Below the pieces are notes generated by a model. It was given only the letters and a program-made list of their open reading frames with translations, ran no database searches and was not told where the DNA came from. Below are positions 14,030-26,679 of a DNA stretch of 64,000 nucleotides, piece by piece. Made by a program: the position numbers and the translations under genes. The stretch lies in the NCBI GenBank assembly GCA_013265495.1, contig MU058844.1, forward strand, positions 11,430,184 to 11,494,183, in the 5' to 3' direction. Origin of the DNA: Vicugna vicugna. Lineage: Eukaryota. Each line of letters begins with the position of its first letter. The first letter of the stretch is position 1.

Positions 14030-14220
14030 ATATATAATATTTAACACTTTATAGTACAATCCTTGCAAAATGTAAAAAGCATCATTTGATCTCTACCACA
14101 AATCTGTAGCTAAACTAGGTATTATTATTTTTCTCATTATTTTATGGAAGAGAAAACTGGTCAGAGAGACTAGCTAACGCCCCAAGGTTACACAGCTGGT
14201 AACGCAGGACAGCTGAATTC
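14030..14220. mobile_element. MIR SINE
   Basis: gaaaactggtcagagagactagctaacgccccaaggttacacagctggtaa. Confidence 0.7.
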
Positions 14221-17079
14221 ACTTTCTCCGTGTATTTCATTAAATAACTTAGGTATATCTGAACTGCATGGAGAGGTTTATTTCATTAAAATATATAGAA
14301 AATTATTTTATTAGCTAAAACCGATCCTCATCATGTCAATTATAGAAATGATTTAAATACCTAAGCAAATAATATTTGGAGATAATTGCCTTCATTACAG
14401 TTATAAACTCACTTTTTTGAACTGAGATGACAGTGACAATGAGTTAAAAAGAAGGAAGTCTAGAATATCATAAATATTCTCTGTAGAAGGTATTTTCGCT
14501 CTAATCAGAAAAAAATCAATGTAACTTTTACTCTCAAGTGAATATTGCCAGCCTCGAGATAACAGTAATTATCCATCACCTGTTTCAGATACACAAGTGG
14601 GATACTCAATTTTAGACTCACTAAGTAATGCGGGAACCTATTAACAGAGCCAAATAAAATAATCAGTAGAAAGGATAAAACTACTCCAAACAGTTCCTTA
14701 AACCACGTTCAAAAACAGCACACATAGACGTCTCTTGCACAAATACATAAAAGGTAAATGGTAAAATCCTTGGGAAATCCAGCCCTCAAAAAGTAACATA
14801 AAAAATAATGAGCCCATCAGATGAAGAACTGAAACTAAGGCCACATTTGCACCAACATCTTTCAGAACCATGATGGATCCCCCAGGAGCCAAAGAGAAAT
14901 CAGCAAGTATCCTAAGAGCCATCTTCATCTCTGTGGTCATTGAGAATCTCATTAATCCTGTGCCATAGAGAAAGTTATTACTTTTGAAGCTTAATTAGCA
15001 TTTTATACTACTTGACAATTTTTTAAAAATCAGCCTAAAAGACTCTTTGGTGCTAGGTGAGTAGACACTGTTTCCACCACTTGAAGATGAACAATCAGTG
15101 GCTCAGGGAGGCTGATACTTGCCCAGTTTTATCAGGAGAAGGAAGAGACACACAATGTGAATTTACGTTTTGACTCAATCTACCAGGTCACTACACCCTT
15201 CTATGTCCCCTTTTATAAATGTTTATTTTGGCACTCCTAAGATACAGCCCACCAAATGACCTTTCACTAGACAGGAAGAAATCAAATCATACTGAGACGT
15301 CAGTTGTCTCACAGTAGTTATGTTTTATTATGAGGTCAGTGTTCAGGTACAAAGATGGCTAATTCCTTTTTCTTCTCTAAAGTAGGATCACAAACAGCCA
15401 AGTGTGTGCTTCCTACGTTGTATTAAGCCACTAGTGTGTTACTACAGGACTCGGAGACCGCATTTTAATTAGACACATTGATTTCATAACTCAGTCCCAT
15501 GGCAAATCACTATAATAAACACTTCCAAGGACGCCTCGTCTCTCTGCACAATGCGAATATCAAATACAATGACCTTTCCCGTATTTCCACATTAGTAAGT
15601 TTATTTTTGTAAGGGTAATGAATTCCTTTGCCTCTCAATTTGATCCTTGTTTTTGTAAAATATTAATCATCTGGTATTCAGAGTCCCTCTTTGTAAGTCA
15701 AATTTTAAAATCTCTCTGCTATAACCGAAAATATAAACATGGAATTCTCAGATAATAATTGTGGATTCCCTAAGCTTCTTAACAGTATTTCAAGCAGGCC
15801 AGCTACAACATGCCTGCGAACAGAAAAGAAAGTCTACTAAGGCATTATCCCTGAGACTTTTTCAAGGAGTAAAGGGGTTCTGAAAAGCATCCTTGGGCTC
15901 CCTTAGAGAGTCATACAGATTTGTGCGTAGCATCGTCAATGTTAGGCTTCCAAAGTGAGGCAAGTATTTAAATTATTGATTACATTAGGTTTGGGCTGTA
16001 TTTGTGAGGTGTGCATGTGTATGTGTTTCTGTCCATAAGTCTCCTGGAATTAATGAGACCTGAGTTTGAACACTGTCAACAGATATATTGCCCAAAAAAG
16101 GAGCATGGGTTCACACACCATAATTATTCTTAGAATTATAGTTATATAATTATTATAGTTCCTGTTAATTACCTTATATATTCTTTCTTCAACAATTTTT
16201 AAGCACCTACTTTGTGCCAGTCACTCTGTTAGGCACTGGATAAATACAAGGGGGACCCCAGCCTGCTCTCAAGAAGGAACATCACAAAATATGTCTACTA
16301 GCAGGTCGTCATTACCAAACATATCATTACGTAAATGTAATTTTGAGAAAGGTGATTCCACACTGAAAAACAATTTCCCTACAAATAAAATGTTTCCTTC
16401 TGAATTTCCAGTATTTGGGGTGCAGGACAGCTTTCCCCTTCTTTGCATCTTACTCCTGCTAAAAATTGTTTTGCTCAATTAACATTTTGATGGGAGACGT
16501 CAATCCTGAAGGCCGTATATCAGAAAAACAATTCCCAAGCTGGCTCATAAGTGCACTATTACAGCCAATGCTAACAGTCTGGGAGATAGATGAGACAGAG
16601 AAACATAAAGGAAAACTGCTGGACAATCTGAAGAAGTGTGGAGGAAGAGACCAGACGGAGAGAGACGGTAAGAAGGATCACAGGGAGAGCATGAAAAAAG
16701 GAAAGAAATAACTCAATTAGTGATATTACAGCCAGTGGCACCACCACCACAGTTGGTCCCACAGCGAGTCCCCAGCAAGAGGTGAGATGCAATGTCTCAA
16801 TTCTACTTAAACTACATTATTTATACTTAAATAAAACATTCACACCTGTTATTCCAAATAGTTATTCCTCAATCATTCCATGACAGTTTTAGTAAAAATT
16901 AAAATTTATTTTTTGTAGGCCCAGTCAACATGCTAAATGCGTTAGGTACATTAGTTATTCCTACTATGCAAAACTCCATGAGCGATATATCATTTTTCAG
17001 ATAAAGAAATTGTAAAACAAAAGACTTAATTCATCATATTCCTTTCCATTTGTCCTTCCTCTCCCCTCAAAAAACTTGA

Positions 17080-17290
17080 CGTTAGTGCCAGAGTCTAAAG
17101 GTAAGGTTCAGACAGCTATGTGATTTGGAATGAGATCTGATACCTCTCTAACCCTTACTTCTTCATCTGCAAAGTAGGTATAATACAACTGAGTACATCA
17201 CAGTATCGTTGTAAGGATTAAATACGATAACTCACATAAAATTATTTTACTTATAGCTGGAACAAAATAAACACTCAGTAAATAAAAGAA
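17080..17290. mobile_element. MIR SINE
   Basis: ctatgtgatttgg...cttcttcatctgcaaagtaggtataata...gttgtaaggattaaatacgataa. Confidence 0.7.
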
Positions 17291-18279
17291 TTCTTATCTT
17301 TACCATCATCTGTTTTAAATGGCTGACTAGATAGCAACACAGAGCATCAAAATCTTAAGAGTTCCCGCCATGGTTAACTGGCAAGTATTCTCTATATAAT
17401 ACACCAGGAGAGATATTAGTTTAAAAATGGAATGCTTGAATTCCCTATCATATTATGGTTTTCCGAAAACATTTTTTTTAAGTGTTTCAAATATTAGCCC
17501 CAAGCAAATAGCACTGAGTTGAATGTAATTAGACGGAAAATACCTAAATGTGCTTAATATTTGCCATTACTGTAAACGCCTGAGGGCCCCTCTGCACTGC
17601 CGCAGCTGTGACTCAGGGGCACGGGTTCTGGAAAGCCGACGAGGTGCAATAATTAGTGTTATGACCCCCGCTGCAGCACACAGGGGCCAGGATACGGGTA
17701 AATCTCTAATGTCTATCATGCTAAGGAACAGAGTGTTTTTGAAGTAGTAAATCATTCCCCCTTGTTGGCCCCGTTGTCTGCCCTCTGCTGAGCCCCCTCT
17801 CCACCCTCCCCGACTCTCCCCCCTCTACTCATGAGACTGGGCTGCTCAGTGCTCACTGAGGGAGCAGAAAGAAAAGCGAAAAAGGAGCCTCTTAGCTTCA
17901 ACATATAAAAGCTTCGCAGTCATTTTAGGGGCACGGGGAGAATTTAAAGAGTAAAAGATTTGAAAAAGGTAGGTTACTCCTTTGATAACTACGTAAGTTT
18001 AAAAAGCTAAAGATCTAATCTGTTCTTAGAAACAATAATTAGTACATATATGTAAACTAAAAAAATGCAGTAGACTGTATATATGTATTCATATGCAATA
18101 AAATGCATACGTGCAGTTGAACTGTAATAATTCTACCTAATAAAACTGAAAAAGGAAGGGAAAATTATTACAAATAGCTGAGCTTAAAAAAAATTACTAA
18201 CCTCAAATTGAATAAATGCTGATAAACAAACAAACACAAAGGTAGGTTGAAGAGAGCAGGGAGGCTCCAGAATTTGGAG

Positions 18280-18990
18280 TAAAAAACGACACGGAGGATG
18301 GTGGTACCTGAACGTACACGGCCAGGCAGATGGGAATAAAGCACGTTTTAACGGAGAGCTGAGTGGACCAGACAGGACGATGGTCAACTAAGTGGCTGTC
18401 GGGACACTCGGGCGACAAGCAAGACCACGTGCCCCACCCCCCACCCCTGCCAAGGACTCTCTTAGTTCGTCAGGCTGCTCTAACAAGAACACCTTAAAAT
18501 GACCTACGAACACAAGAAATCTCTTTCTCACATTTCTGGAGGCTGGGGAATCAGTCCGAGATGGAGGTCCAGGCAGATTCGGCGTCCGCGGAGAGCCGGC
18601 TTCCTGGTCGGCAGACGACCATCTTCTCACCGCGTCCCCACGTGACAGAACGCACAAGGGAGCTCCCGGGAGTCTTTCTGTCTCTGTCTCTCTCTCTCTC
18701 TCTCTCTCTCAGCTGCGTGGCCTACAGCAGCCCCCTCGCCGCACCCCCGCCTGAGGCTGCGCCTCCGTCCCCCAGGCCCGACCGAGCGCGCGGTCGGACG
18801 CCGGCACATGCGCAGTTTGCGGCCAAGCACGGCCCTGCCCATCGGGCGCGATGGACCCCGCCTGCCGCAGCCGGCCGGGTCGCACTACCGGAGTCGGAAG
18901 TTTCGGGAACCGCGCCTTTAATGAGGTCTGAACGGTGTTTACCATCATGGCCCAGCTGTCTTCATGGGCCTTGCGCCGTCCATGATCCCC
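18280..18990. promoter_or_regulatory. CpG island / candidate promoter
   Basis: Only strongly CpG-dense stretch in the window. NRF1-like gcacatgcgca 18804-18814, ETS cggaagt 18895-18901, GC boxes ccccgcc, E-boxes cacgtg at 18426 and 18639. Confidence 0.6.
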
Positions 18991-19140
18991 AGGTGTTTCT
19001 CTGCTGTCTCTTTTGCAAGAGCACTAATCATGAGCGCTCTGCCCCCAATCACATCCCAAAGGCCCTACCTCCAAACACCATCACATTGGGATTTAGGTTT
19101 CAACATAGAGATTTGGAGGAGATACATTGAGTCAATAGCA
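18458..19140 (-). mobile_element. MLT1A-like MaLR LTR split by a GC-rich insert at ~18711-18990
   Basis: Left part tcttagttcgtcaggctgctctaacaag...ttctggaggctgggg...ggcagattcggcgtc...cttcctggt...agggagctc; right part tcttttgcaagagcactaatc...cccaaaggccctacctccaaacaccatcacattgggatttaggtttcaacata...atagca. The two parts are colinear with the recalled consensus. Confidence 0.85.
18676..18710. repeat. (TC)n microsatellite
   Basis: ttctgtctctgtctctctctctctctctctctctc at the left edge of the insert. Confidence 0.9.
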
Positions 19141-22100
19141 GAGATAGTACATAAACTTCCAGAATTTATCCACAACCCTTCTGGAGGCGGTTAGGGTCCA
19201 AACTTACTACATTTCTGTCACGTGAGTAGAATGAAGGCTTAGGCTGGAAATTGAATTTTTATATAAAACACAATGTTAATTTTTTGCACACCTGAAATCA
19301 GTGGACTCAGGTGTATGCCCGTCTACGCACCCCAGCTCTGTGTGATTCTACTATATGTGTGTGTTTAAATACACATATAGAGCTATCAATATGGCTATAA
19401 AATTATACATTTAATTTCTAGTACATTCTGCATAGTAAATGTGACACAAACAACTTCCCTAGGAATCAGCAAATGTCTCAAAGGCGAACATGCTGTTTTC
19501 TGCATCTTTATATTAGCAGGGCTTAACCCAATTCCTGAACTTTGTAAGTACTTACAATAGCTTTTAAACTACTAAATAGTCATTGAAGTAAATTAAATGG
19601 CTCGACTAAATGACTACATTAGTTAAGTGACTGCTTTTTAGTAGTCATTTAATGTTCATGTGTAAGAAAGTGACATGATCAGAAAATGTGTTTTGAACAT
19701 TAATTTGAAAGCCACGCGTAAGAGAGCATGGAGCTAGAAGGCTACGGGAAGACCAGGGGAAAAGAGTGTAAGGATCTGAACCAGGTCAGCGGCGCTGGGA
19801 ACAGAAAGAAGAGCATAAATGTAATCGCCAAGGGTACAACTTGGTAAAACCCGGCAGCAGTGTCCTATTTTAGAACTAGAGCTTTTGTGGAGTTGAGCCT
19901 AGAATGGTTTCTAGCCTTTGGCCAAGTGCTTGAGGATGCGAAGTAAATAGTAGCTGTCAGAGATAAAGGTACTAACAGTAACAGCTTTAGAAGGAATATA
20001 GTTAGCAAGAATAGTATTCAAACAGCTCATCCATTTAAACTGTCTGCATTTAAATATTCTATCTAGTTAACCTGCAACACATCCATTAAGACTTTGAAAA
20101 TACCCTTCTGCTCAACGTGAGATTGTTAATAGGTTTCCAAGTACTCAACTTTAACATAACAATAACACTAAGAGCAATTACTATCTAGTTTCAGTAAAAG
20201 CAAGTCGAGTGAATTCATATATGATGCAGCTTGCTGGATAGATATATTCATTTCAAACTGGAATTGGAATTATTACTAATTCTACACTTTAATAGGTTAG
20301 TAAATCTGCAACACTCAGTCTTTATTCTCTTTGAGCTGTGGTGAACTAGAATATATCATAAGGAGAAACAGTAAGAAGAGATTCATGTCTCCACAGTAAG
20401 ATCAAAGTGAAAAGTAAAAATGTTTCATTATAGGGCATAAGAAAGTTCACCAGTATAATTTTTAAATTAAAAAAAATGCAAATATACCCTTAGCATTAGA
20501 ATTTTAACTAAGAAAAATAAGAAAAACTAGTCCAAAATACCTTGAGCATCTGAAATCTTATAGCATCACATTTGTCTTTCACTTTTATACATTATTTTAC
20601 AGAGTATAACTGGGATGGATTTGGTAGAAAACTATAACTTCCGACCCTTCTTTTGTGAGTTCCTTTCAAATTTCAGATTTGACTTTGGTGTTGACATAAA
20701 TTCTGAGAGAAACCAATCTCTCTTACAAGGAACTTCTCCTCTTTAAGGCATATTTGTGTAACACAGTTTAATACAATACCAACATTTATTGCACATAGTA
20801 ATGGATGAAAATTATTTCTATTATTTTTAATTAAAATATCAACAAACATTTCCCCAGTGCACAGCAAACTATACTAGAAACATGCACACAGAGGCAAAGT
20901 CATACTCAAAGAAGGGCATGAAATAAAAGAAAAAAATTTCAATTACCAAAAAAAAAATAGTGTAATTATTATTGAAATTAAATGACAGAGATAAACCACA
21001 GTCCTTTTTTCAGCAGCGTTAACAACTGGATGGGGAACCATCTCAGAGGTAAGGGAGCGCACTGATGAACTGCCAATGGCAAAAAAAAATAACAGCAATG
21101 AAAAGGGATGCAACTAAAGTATAGGAGGGAAAATACAAGTTAAGACGAAAGGAGAAACCACTTGGCTTTTCTGGGTGCCTCTTCCCAGCCATACTTGCCT
21201 CACACGCCCAGAGTGTCCTTAGTCTATCCTAACACTTGTTTTCCAGGGAACATGTGGTTTCCCAGCTTCCTTGGACACCCACCACCATACCCCCTTGTAA
21301 GCACACTTGGGTCCTCATTCTTAACAAACTTTATAAACATTATATTACTGTATTATTGAATTATTTCTAGTCTGGGATGGAACAGAAGGGGGAAAAAATC
21401 ATCCCAAAGCCTGCTGGGCCCACAGGCCATTATGAGGAAAATGCCCGTGTCCTTTGCAGCCTTCTGCCTAGGCAAGTAGCATCCAGGGCACTAGACTGCT
21501 GTGTTCCCCCTTTAACCAAAGCTGACTGCCCCCAAAATGTTCCTTCATTTTCTGACCCCCAGGGTAACCCTAAGTATTCTCTGAGGGTCCAGGAATCCAC
21601 CTGGAATTTCTTCAGCCAAGTTATCTTGAATGGCTGCCCCTTGCTGTCTAGTTTGCCACGAGCCTGTTGGCTACACCCCTTGATTTCAACAAAGTAGAGG
21701 ATGGCCACCAGTCTACTGTGACAAAAAGCCCTGTCCAATGGGCATTTCTTGAACCAGATGGTGAAGTGTCGAGTGAACCAGATTCTCCTTTAACTCTAAG
21801 GCACATGCAGAGAGACTCTGACAAGAGTTGCAAAAACCTTGAGGGAGCAGATGCTCTGAAAAACACAAGCTGGAGTGATGGAGAGTGAAAAAGGAATTAT
21901 AGACCCCAGAGTGTTAGAGGCAGAGAGGGAGGGAGAACCACAACAACAAAAAGTCACCAAAATCAGAGAGCAGGAGAACACCATGAAAAATGCCTGCTTC
22001 TGAGGAATCCGCGAGTTCCCCTGAAGTCTTTCAGCTTCCAAATGTCAGCCCAGCCTCCAGAAGCCCTGCTTGAAAGGCAAATTGCTGGCTTTCACACGTT

Positions 22101-23339
22101 CTGCCTGCCCTTTTCTCCTGCACATCCTTATCCTGAGTCCCCATTATACACCCCTTTCCTTTCCAATCTAGAAGAATCAGACAAAACAGGGACCTAGGTC
22201 TCTGAGTGAAAGGCAGAGGAAAGTCAACACCTTATATAAAGCTTGAACATCTATATTTCTCTCTCCAACTGCCACCTACAAGCCAAGTCCCGCTGCCAGC
22301 CTGCTGGGCAGCAGTGCTGACTCAGCTCCACGCTGTCCTGAAGGCGACTGCTCGCACCTCCGAGGGTTTCTGTGTCCTTGGGTGTGCGCAGAACGGGTTT
22401 TGGGGATGTGCTGGTTTCTTTATACTCAGCTCACTTTTACCATCAGGATGATGAGTCCATGCTGCTGTTATAAATAATCTAGGACCTCCTTGAACTATTA
22501 AGGACAATAAAGTGTTATTTAAGTGTATTTTGTTTTCTTTCTAAGAGAAAATGTTAATTGTCTGATAAGCTCTTTTTTTTTTTCCCTGACCCACAGTGTC
22601 CCTAAGTATCCATGGAGGACCCGAAGTCAAACTGGCAATGTCTTCAGTTGCATCGTTGTAAGTAGAGGCACCTAACGGTCAGCAACACCAACCAGCAGCC
22701 CGTGATGTCCGTCATGCAAACAGGTTTGGGTGAGCACCGTGATCGCTTCAAGGGTCATTGCTATCTGAAGTGAACTGGGCACCCCCAGGACCCCAGTGCA
22801 GTTTTGTGTATTTCTTTCGTCAAGGACAGAGGCAATTTGCCTACGCTGTGGAGGTGTAGCGGGAGGAGGGCTGTGGGATCCTACACCACTCCCTGCGCTA
22901 GGCCTCACTGCCTCCCTCCCTCCTGTGTCCCGGGGTGTCATTTGGGGATGTTTCTTCTTCTGCCTCTGCCCTTTCCTCCCCAAAGTTCTCTCTAACCCCT
23001 CTTTTCTCCTTAGGTCTTATTATACATTTCCATAGAAAAATAATCATGTCCCAATTGCTACTGCCTTAAAACTGTCAAGTTTAAGCATTTGGTAAATATC
23101 TGTACATAATTTCTGCTGACTTTGAAGACAGAAACAAGTGTTCTCAGATTTTCCCTGTTCTATAAGAAAAAGTAGTAAGTTCTGGTCCAGCTTGCAGGGA
23201 TGAGAATGGGAGGCGTTTACTCCTGGTTCTCACTGGTTTTCTGGTATTATTTCTCAATCTACAGCCCTAAGAATAATTTTACCATGACGAACCCTGTTAT
23301 ATCTACATGAAGAAGATATATTCCTATTAATATAATTTT

Positions 23340-24340
23340 TAAATGATTTTTTATTTTAGGGTATTTTTAGATTACAGAAACATGGTGAAGGTGGTACAAA
23401 GGGTTCGCATATACCTCGAGCTGTTTCCCCTATTAGGAACACAGGTGTGATAACATTTCTAATATTTAATGGATGAATAATGATACATGATTGTTAACAA
23501 ATGTCTACTTTATTCAGGTTTCCCTAGTTTTACTCTAATGACCTTCAGTTCCAGGATTTATCCAGGGTGGTGCATTATATGTAGTTAGGACATCTCCTTA
23601 AGCTCTCCTTGACTGTGACAGTTTCTCAGACTTTCCGTATTTTTGACGACCTTGATAATTTTGAACAGCACTGCCAGTCTTTTTGTAAAATGTCCCTCCA
23701 TTGAGATTTATCTGACTTCAGCTATGGGTTTTGGGGAGGAAGACCAGACAGGGAATGTTTTCGAAAAAGACCACTGTCGTCACACTTTGTCCAGGGCACA
23801 TACTATCAATATGGCTCATCGCTGTCGACGTTACCCTTGATCACCTGACTGAGGGAGTGTTTGTCAGCGTCTGTCTCCACTGGAGAGTCACTCTGCCCCC
23901 TTTTCCATACTAACTCTTTGGGAGGAAGCCCCAAGTACAGCCCAGGCTTGAGGAGCAGGGAGTTGTACTCCACCTGCTTCAGGATGAGGTACCTACATAA
24001 ATTATTCAGACTTTTTCTATGTGGGAGATTTGTCTACTCTCCCCCATTTACTTATTTATTTATCTTTTATATAAGAATGAACTCATACATACTAATTAAT
24101 GCTTTGGATAAAAATCCAGGACTAGCTGATCAAATCGTTCCAGCTCTGGCTACTGGGAGCACTTTCTTCTGGCTCCTGTGTCATATCCCCATCGTACTGT
24201 GTTGCAGCAGTACCACTTCTGAAATTACAAGATGCTCCCGGCTCGTCCTGTATGTTTACTGACCCAGTCCTAGAACTGGCCATCTCTCCCAGGAGCCCTG
24301 GTAACTAAGGTCTACACACCAGTTGTGCTCACTGCTACTG
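23340..24340 (-). mobile_element. L1MC/L1MD-type 3' UTR fragment
   Basis: tttagattacagaaa...tgtgacagtttctcagactttcc...ttgacgaccttgataattttgaa...cagtcctagaactggccatctctcccaggagccctgg. Confidence 0.8.
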
Positions 24341-24425
24341 AGATGATATGATGGTAATTCTGACCATAATTGTCAAGGACTAACAAATCTGGCCTTATGG
24401 TAGAAGACCATACACCACACTTACT

Positions 24426-24520
24426 ACTCCACTAAAACCCAGTTTATCCACTAAACTTTTAATCCAATAGAATTAGTTTATCCACTAGAAGTTATCCACT
24501 AGGACTTAGTTTATTCACTA
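24426..24520. repeat. Degenerate short repeat cluster (agtttatccacta)
   Basis: Copies at 24441, 24475, 24490 and 24508, plus partial copies at ~24426 and ~24460. Confidence 0.85.
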
Positions 24521-26249
24521 CCAACTAAACATAGTGTGTAACAAAGTACTTGGCTCAGAATGAAAGGTTGAAAATATCCTTACAACAACCTTTTGAGGAA
24601 AGACGAGGACCTTCCCCAGAGACCAATGAAGAAACAACAACACAGAGAACTATAATAACTTGTTCAAGTCACACAGCTTAGACAGACAGTCACACAGCTT
24701 TTGTGTCCCTTTCTCTTACCACAGTGAACCACCTCTTTTTTTCTTTCCCCCTAAAATAAAAAATGTCACTAATATTTTCATTTGTAAGGATTTCTCTTAT
24801 AAACCAGCCAGAAAACCCTGGGTTGTGTAACTTTCCAGAGTGTAGAGTGGCAGTTGGCAACTTCAACTGAGGGCAGATGTAGGAGGTTTTTGCAGATGGC
24901 AGATACCACGGTTGGAGTTTAGCACTCTGCCAATGATCTTGTAGTGGCCCTCCACGTCTTCCTCATCGCAGCTCCAGGAGCCACCACTAATGAGTTAATG
25001 TCACCACTCCTGGGTAGAAAATGTTAGGAATGCCATCCTAATAAGGTAATTACATGGCTGTGATCAAGGCAAATGATGATCACTGACTCCCATTAAAAAC
25101 ACACAAAATGAGTGGAGAAGCCAGCCTCAAAACATAGACCTTTAGGGCCAAGTCACAATACAAAATGGGCATCACTCCCTGGATTAGGAGTTGGCAATTC
25201 AGATCCACATTTATTTCTCTCTCAATATTGTCATGGCTCTTCTCAACACTGGGACTGAAGAGTTTACTGACCAGAGTCCTGAGGTTAGGAGCTCAAAGTT
25301 ATGGCTTCTCCAATTTTATTTACATCCCCTTTTCCAGGCCCTGGCATTAGTACAATAGGCAATCTTTGGTGGTATCTTTTACCATGTCAGTAAGAGAGTA
25401 TGTTCATTTATATCAAGAATGGTACAGCCTTCACCTTTTACAATGTAAACACAATACAGAGAATTTACAAATGTTCCCACTGAGTAAAAATTTAGGACTT
25501 CTTTCCCAAACTCAAAGATTCCCAAAGGGGGAATAGAAGCCTCAGGAAATCTGAATCATACAAATCAAAGCATTAAATAAACAGATTATCTTCTTTTCTG
25601 CATTCATCTCATACAAGGCAAAACTGGCATTTTTATTAGGTGAGTTAAGATCAGGATTTAGAAAGGAGAAGAAACTGTATCCTCTTAGATGGAGTTTAGG
25701 AAGAATAATTGCCTGTCTGTCAAATAAATTCTACCTGAAAAGAAATATAAACTGAATGCTAAATCAAAAGTCGTCATAGGGGTTTAGCATGGTTCTGATA
25801 ATGGTCACAAAAGAAGCTGTCTTTTTTATTCCTTTTAGAAAATTTTGATAGTAAGAAACTAACCGTAAGAAGCGAATATTTTGTGGTCCAAGGAAAAACC
25901 AAGTTCACATAAAAGAATTGGTACCAATCAAATATATGTTATGATCTAACAAACTCCAAATGGAGCAATTCAAGTAGAAAGATAATCTGAAAAATGGAAC
26001 AAGGCAATACAAACAAAAGGTCCTGCATATTCAAACCACAAGGTATATTTCACCATTTCCCTAACAACACATTTCATTATATGTAAGACTGCATAAATAA
26101 TTGATCTTTAATTGTTTTTCAAAGAAAATGGTATTATTCTAACCATGAAGTACAATCCATTTATTTTTAAAAATGAAACAATACAAAAAGCTTAAAACAA
26201 AGCAAAAATAAGTGGAAATATAGAAATATAAACATGCAAAGATCTTTGA

Positions 26250-26630
26250 TCTTTGTGTATGATCCTTTTAAAATACTGCTAAATTTGGTTTGATAATATT
26301 TTGCTAAGCATTTTTTCATCTCTGTTCACCAGTGATACTGGCCTGCAATTTTCTTTTTTCTGGTTTTGATACCAGGATAATGCTGGCCTTGTGGAATGAG
26401 TTCAGAAGCATTCCCTCCTTTTCATTTTTGGGGGAATATTCTGACAAGGATAGGTGTTAATACTCCTTTAAATATTTGGTAGAACTCCCCAGTGAAGCTG
26501 TCAGGTCCTGGATTTTTGTTTGTTGGGAGTTCCTTTTTTCTGATCCAATTTCATTATTGATAATTGCTCTGTTTATATTATGTATTTCTTTGTGATTCAG
26601 TCATGGGAGATTGTACATTTCTAGAAATTT
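26250..26630 (-). mobile_element. L1 ORF2 (RT region) fragment
   Basis: tgatcctttta...tgctaaatttggtttgataatattttg...tggtagaactccccagtgaagctgtcaggtcctgg is antisense L1 ORF2. Confidence 0.85.
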
Positions 26631-26679
26631 ATTTATTATACATTGGATCCATCTTGGCCACATTTAAAATATATATTCT

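Noticed and set aside
14698..14952. 84-aa hydrophobic minus-strand ORF
   Set aside because: Hydrophobicity follows from T-rich composition, and there is no recognisable family. Kept only as a possible non-coding exon.
16731..16781. Possible plus-strand mini-exon ending GAG|gtgaga
   Set aside because: The donor is good, but the upstream acceptor lacks a pyrimidine tract and the peptide is not recognised.
18561..19130. 189-aa ORF, the longest in the track
   Set aside because: It runs through MLT1A sequence, a (TC)n tract (SLSLSL) and the GC-rich insert. Stop-codon scarcity from high GC explains it, it starts at an LTR-internal ATG, and it has no recognisable domain.
21667..21888. Protein-looking 73-aa ORF (ATPLDFNKVEDGHQS...)
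   Set aside because: Non-ATG start and no convincing flanking splice sites. The surrounding sequence looks like a decayed LTR, and I recognise no homology.
24441..24520. TTATCCACT repeats resembling bacterial DnaA boxes or a CRISPR-like array
   Set aside because: Mammalian context. The units are ~13 bp with irregular, self-similar spacers, do not match TTATCCACA exactly, and there are no cas or other bacterial genes.
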